From: a virus
Lineage: Duplodnaviria; Caudoviricetes
Length of the DNA stretch: 26,545 nucleotides
IMG/VR virus record: IMGVR_UViG_3300043442_000082
Span: 1-26,545 of that record
Reading direction: 5' to 3' (one strand)
Positions 23,580 through 26,545 of this stretch are shown piece after piece. Position 1 is the first letter of the stretch. Every line of letters starts with the position of its first letter. The notes under the pieces are model-generated. The model had not been told where the DNA came from. It saw nothing but the letters and a program-made list of their open reading frames with translations, and did not search any database. The position numbers were made by a program, and so were the translations under genes.

Positions 23580-25336
23580 CAAAAACCCAGTGCTTTTAGG
23601 TAATTTGACACCTGTTTTTGCACCTGCACCTGCCCACCATGCTCATTTTCGTCGGTTTTTGACTCTTTTTTGTCCTTAGTTATGCGGTTTGCGATCAATC
23701 TGGGCTGCAATTGCTCTGCAAAAGCGGCTGTCGCCAGTGCTGACGCGATCACACGGTCATCTTTTGACCTGCCAGCAGCGGCAATCGTGCCACCTTCGCG
23801 CACAATCCCCTTCATTTCGTCAATGCACTCTTCCGAATACACCTTCAACATCCCGCGCTCGAAGTAATCCTTCAGGTAATTCAGCATTCGCTCCTTAGAA
23901 GAATGCGTTGTCACCCAACCAATACTGTTGCTAATACCGAAACTGTCGTTTCTCCGCCATAGGTAGTGCTGCATATTGCCTAAAACGTCGTTGAGATGCC
24001 TAGCTTCCGACGGTGGCAACGACATGGCCTGCCTTCTTAAGTTCCTCATCTCGTTAATCACGGCCTGTCCGGGGCCATTGACTTCCAAGTTCAGCAAGGA
24101 ATTGCCGTAAGCGCCTGCCAGATAGCAGATCACCCAAGCGAATTGGAAGGTATTTAACTCCGAGGTGGCAAACTCTGCAACCTGTTCCATGCCATCGGCA
24201 TAGCAGCGGTACACCTGAATGCAGAAACGGTCTGCCCAGTCTGACGATCCATAGGCAGGATCAGCGCCCACGACGTAGTAGGCGTTGGGTACGGGTTCCT
24301 CCCAAATCTTTAACGTCGCTAATCGTTCGCTACTTTGGATTAGCGTGGTGTCTTGGAAGTTGGCACCCATGCTAAAGCGGTAAGAAATGAAGGGTGAGCG
24401 CTTGGCTTCCTTCATGGCGTCGGTACAACGGGCGGTAGAGAAGAAGGAGGTTCCCGTCATCACAAAGGCGTAGTCCTCTGTGGGTGGGAATTCCTGATAC
24501 ATCAGGCCATCGTCTTTCAAACCTTCATGCAACTTCCAGCGCCACCAAGCAATCTGCCGAGAATTGATCTCGTAGTTGTACATCTTCTTGATGTCTTTCG
24601 TCCATTCCTTCTCTTCGGGCGACAGCTTGCCATCCCAGTACACCTTGTAGATGTCTGACTTGGGATCAGCCATGTACAACTGGTTACGCCACCAGCCGCA
24701 GAAAATCGCTTTCTGTGTTCGCGCACGTTTGGCAGTAGTCCACATATCGTGGAACATATTGAAGCCTCGCGCCGTACTCTCGAACATATAGTAGCGAAGC
24801 GGGTTGGTTTCAGCTAAAGACGCAAGCAGAGAAGCCAAGCCTTCCTCGTCGCCCCATGAAGACGTTTCCGTGCCATGCAAGAAGGTAATGCCCTTGCCTC
24901 GACCCAACCCACCTTTGGCTCTTGTACCTGCCACCTGATAAAACATACGACTTCTGTTTTGCAATACCAACTGATTGCGGTTGTGACTCATCAGTGGAAT
25001 CTTGTACTGCTTTGGCAGACCATCCATGTACATAGACAGCGTACTTCTAAACTGTTCCCGGTTCTCTTCTGTGTCGGTGGTTAGCGTTCCCTGCATACCG
25101 GGGTGGATAAAGTGCCAGTAAAGGTCGAGTGCCAAGGAGATCGTGGTGATACCAAGCTGACGCCCTTTGAGTACGACAAAGAAATGGATGTCATCTTGCA
25201 GACCACGCGCCACCTCATCCATGACATAGGTTTGGGTGCCAAGCAGTCGCTCACCCAAGGTGATCATGCCTTGTTCTTTGGACTCAATCCTTAACTGGCG
25301 GCAGAAGCGGTAGAAGTTCTTGCGATCAAACTGCAT
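23579..25336 (-). CDS. terL: terminase large subunit (585 aa)
   Basis: Walker A VLKGRQLGITT, Walker B FLHGTE, coupling motif FESTARG, nuclease motifs VVGADPAYG, NLEVNGPG and KDDRVIASALA. Start moved to ATG at 25336 (MQFDRKNF). Confidence 0.95.
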   Translation of the reverse strand: MQFDRKNFYRFCRQLRIESKEQGMITLGERLLGTQTYVMDEVARGLQDDIHFFVVLKGRQLGITTISLALDLYWHFIHPGMQGTLTTDTEENREQFRSTLSMYMDGLPKQYKIPLMSHNRNQLVLQNRSRMFYQVAGTRAKGGLGRGKGITFLHGTETSSWGDEEGLASLLASLAETNPLRYYMFESTARGFNMFHDMWTTAKRARTQKAIFCGWWRNQLYMADPKSDIYKVYWDGKLSPEEKEWTKDIKKMYNYEINSRQIAWWRWKLHEGLKDDGLMYQEFPPTEDYAFVMTGTSFFSTARCTDAMKEAKRSPFISYRFSMGANFQDTTLIQSSERLATLKIWEEPVPNAYYVVGADPAYGSSDWADRFCIQVYRCYADGMEQVAEFATSELNTFQFAWVICYLAGAYGNSLLNLEVNGPGQAVINEMRNLRRQAMSLPPSEARHLNDVLGNMQHYLWRRNDSFGISNSIGWVTTHSSKERMLNYLKDYFERGMLKVYSEECIDEMKGIVREGGTIAAAGRSKDDRVIASALATAAFAEQLQPRLIANRITKDKKESKTDENEHGGQVQVQKQVSNYLKALGF

Positions 25337-26144
25337 GGATGGTGTATCCGTAGTGATCCTCGAACATGGCCTTGGCTTGCACTTCACCCATAATCTGCTG
25401 CATCTGCTCGTCCGTCAGTTTCCACAGCATCTCACCGTTGGAGAGCAACTGTCTAAACCGACTATGATGACCAAATATCTTGGTCGAGTTCATGCCATTA
25501 TGAATCGGGCCAAAGTGTTCAAAAGAAAAATACTTTGCCACATCATCTGGCGCAAACTTGATCCCCACTTTTTCCAAAGCCGGACGCAAGAAACAACATA
25601 ACTGCACATCCTCATTGTTCATCATGGGTTCATCAAACCGCCTGCGCATAATCCCGTGCTTAGTAGGCGCTTCCAGAAACCTCTTACTACGCAAGGAGAA
25701 CCCACCATTCTGGACAATCAAAGCGCCGGTATAGTCTTTCTTATCGATGCACCACTGATACATGGTGGAGAACTCGCCATTGGGTAGTAAGGCGGCATGA
25801 CTAGGGCCACCAATGTAGTCATAGTTGAACCAGTCATCATTCCAATTCTCGGCATTCAACGCCCAACCATCGTGCTGCACAATCAAGGCGTAGTCAGTCT
25901 CAATGTAGTTATGCAGGCTGTACATCACAAACTCGGAGTAGCCGTGATAGTCCAAGGGTGCGGAGATGATCTTCTGATGTATCTTGGTGATGTCTAACTC
26001 GGTATTGGTAATCAACAACGACTTGCAGCCGGGTAACGCTTCAGCAGTCTTTCTCAATGCTGGCAGCGCCACCTTTCCCCGACCATCGCCATAGATTGCA
26101 ACGACCGTTATATCTTTAAAACTTCTTTGTTTTACGTCGCTCAT
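25326..26144 (-). CDS. DUF5672-family glycosyltransferase-like protein (272 aa)
   Basis: LIVQHDGW.LN...W.D.WF.YDYIGGP, NGGFSLRSKRFLE, NEDVQLC, KFAP.DVA..FSFE, FGHH. Start taken as ATG at 26144. Confidence 0.8.
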   Translation of the reverse strand: MSDVKQRSFKDITVVAIYGDGRGKVALPALRKTAEALPGCKSLLITNTELDITKIHQKIISAPLDYHGYSEFVMYSLHNYIETDYALIVQHDGWALNAENWNDDWFNYDYIGGPSHAALLPNGEFSTMYQWCIDKKDYTGALIVQNGGFSLRSKRFLEAPTKHGIMRRRFDEPMMNNEDVQLCCFLRPALEKVGIKFAPDDVAKYFSFEHFGPIHNGMNSTKIFGHHSRFRQLLSNGEMLWKLTDEQMQQIMGEVQAKAMFEDHYGYTIHAV

Positions 26145-26370
26145 TCTCAAAGCCCTCTAAGTTCCAATTAGCAATCCTGTACCGCGCCTCGTAGTCTTTC
26201 GCCACAGACAGCAACTCTTTCACCACTTCAGGGCGAAACGTCTCTTTCCAACCGGCAACCAAAGCACGCTTGGCAGCAGGCGTTGATGCGGCTATCGCTT
26301 TCCTCATCTGATCCCGCAAGACGGTGCGCGATAACAACAGCTCCTCCTTGTAGCGGTCAGGATTGTCCAT
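26116..26370 (-). CDS. hypothetical protein (84 aa)
   Basis: ATG at 26370 (MDNPDRYKEE...) overlaps the end of the upstream HTH gene by 14 nt; the longer track start would lie deep inside that gene. Confidence 0.65.
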   Translation of the reverse strand: MDNPDRYKEELLLSRTVLRDQMRKAIAASTPAAKRALVAGWKETFRPEVVKELLSVAKDYEARYRIANWNLEGFENERRKTKKF

Positions 26371-26545
26371 CTGTCGTTTGCGCCAAAGCCTTGATCTCAC
26401 GAATCTCCATCCCAAACGCATCATGTACCGCCAAAATAAAATTAGCTGTCACCTCGGCATGACCATGCCTAATCTTACTTAGCACCGGAGAACGTACCTC
26501 CAACTCAATCGCCAACTCCCGATCACTCCTCAAATCAAACCGATC
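26357..26545 (-). CDS. XRE-like HTH protein, 5' end beyond window edge
   Basis: Not in ORF track. Manually read ...DRFDLRSDRELAIELEVRSPVLSKIRHGHAEVTANFILAVHDAFGMEIREIKALAQTTDGQS*. Confidence 0.75.
   Translation of the reverse strand, partial: DRFDLRSDRELAIELEVRSPVLSKIRHGHAEVTANFILAVHDAFGMEIREIKALAQTTDGQS

Noticed and set aside
106-25997. All plus-strand ORFs in the track (e.g. 6836..7570, 18610..19365, 21364..21954) and nested alternative-frame minus-strand ORFs
   Set aside because: They lie within a coherent, coupled set of minus-strand genes, show no recognisable motifs, and read as antisense or off-frame shadows.
11995-26424. Longest-ORF starts given by the track at 12660, 14527, 17964, 25387 and 26424
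   Set aside because: Each extends well into the upstream gene; downstream ATGs at 12597, 14500, 17904, 25336 and 26370 give ATGA or short overlaps and more plausible N-termini.

Overview
The whole window is the DNA-packaging and virion-morphogenesis region of a tailed dsDNA phage, most likely short-tailed (P22/T7-like gene order). All credible genes are on the minus strand and most are joined by overlapping stop/start codons. In transcription order (right to left): an XRE-like HTH gene cut by the window edge, a small ORF, a DUF5672 glycosyltransferase-like gene, terminase large subunit, HTH and Zn-ribbon genes, portal, small ORFs around a terminator/promoter junction, probable scaffold, major capsid, two decoration-like proteins, adaptor, nozzle, fibre proteins (one with a duplicated Gly-rich domain), a 2OG-Fe(II) oxygenase, four large helical ejection-like proteins and several small ORFs. 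The standout is a translationally coupled cassette between the tail genes and the ejection-like genes. It encodes a His-repeat protein, an acyl carrier protein (DSL motif), a FabF/FabB-like ketosynthase with an intact Cys-His-His triad, and a 149-aa protein in the P22 gp14/T7 gp13 position. That last gene is coupled to a putative ejection protein that starts Met-Gly followed by an acidic amphipathic repeat. My hypothesis, which is inference and untested, is a phage-encoded acyl-chain synthesis and protein-lipidation system acting on virion ejection proteins. All calls rest on motifs and synteny read by eye; no searches were run. No tRNA, rRNA, CRISPR array, integrase or endolysin was recognised.
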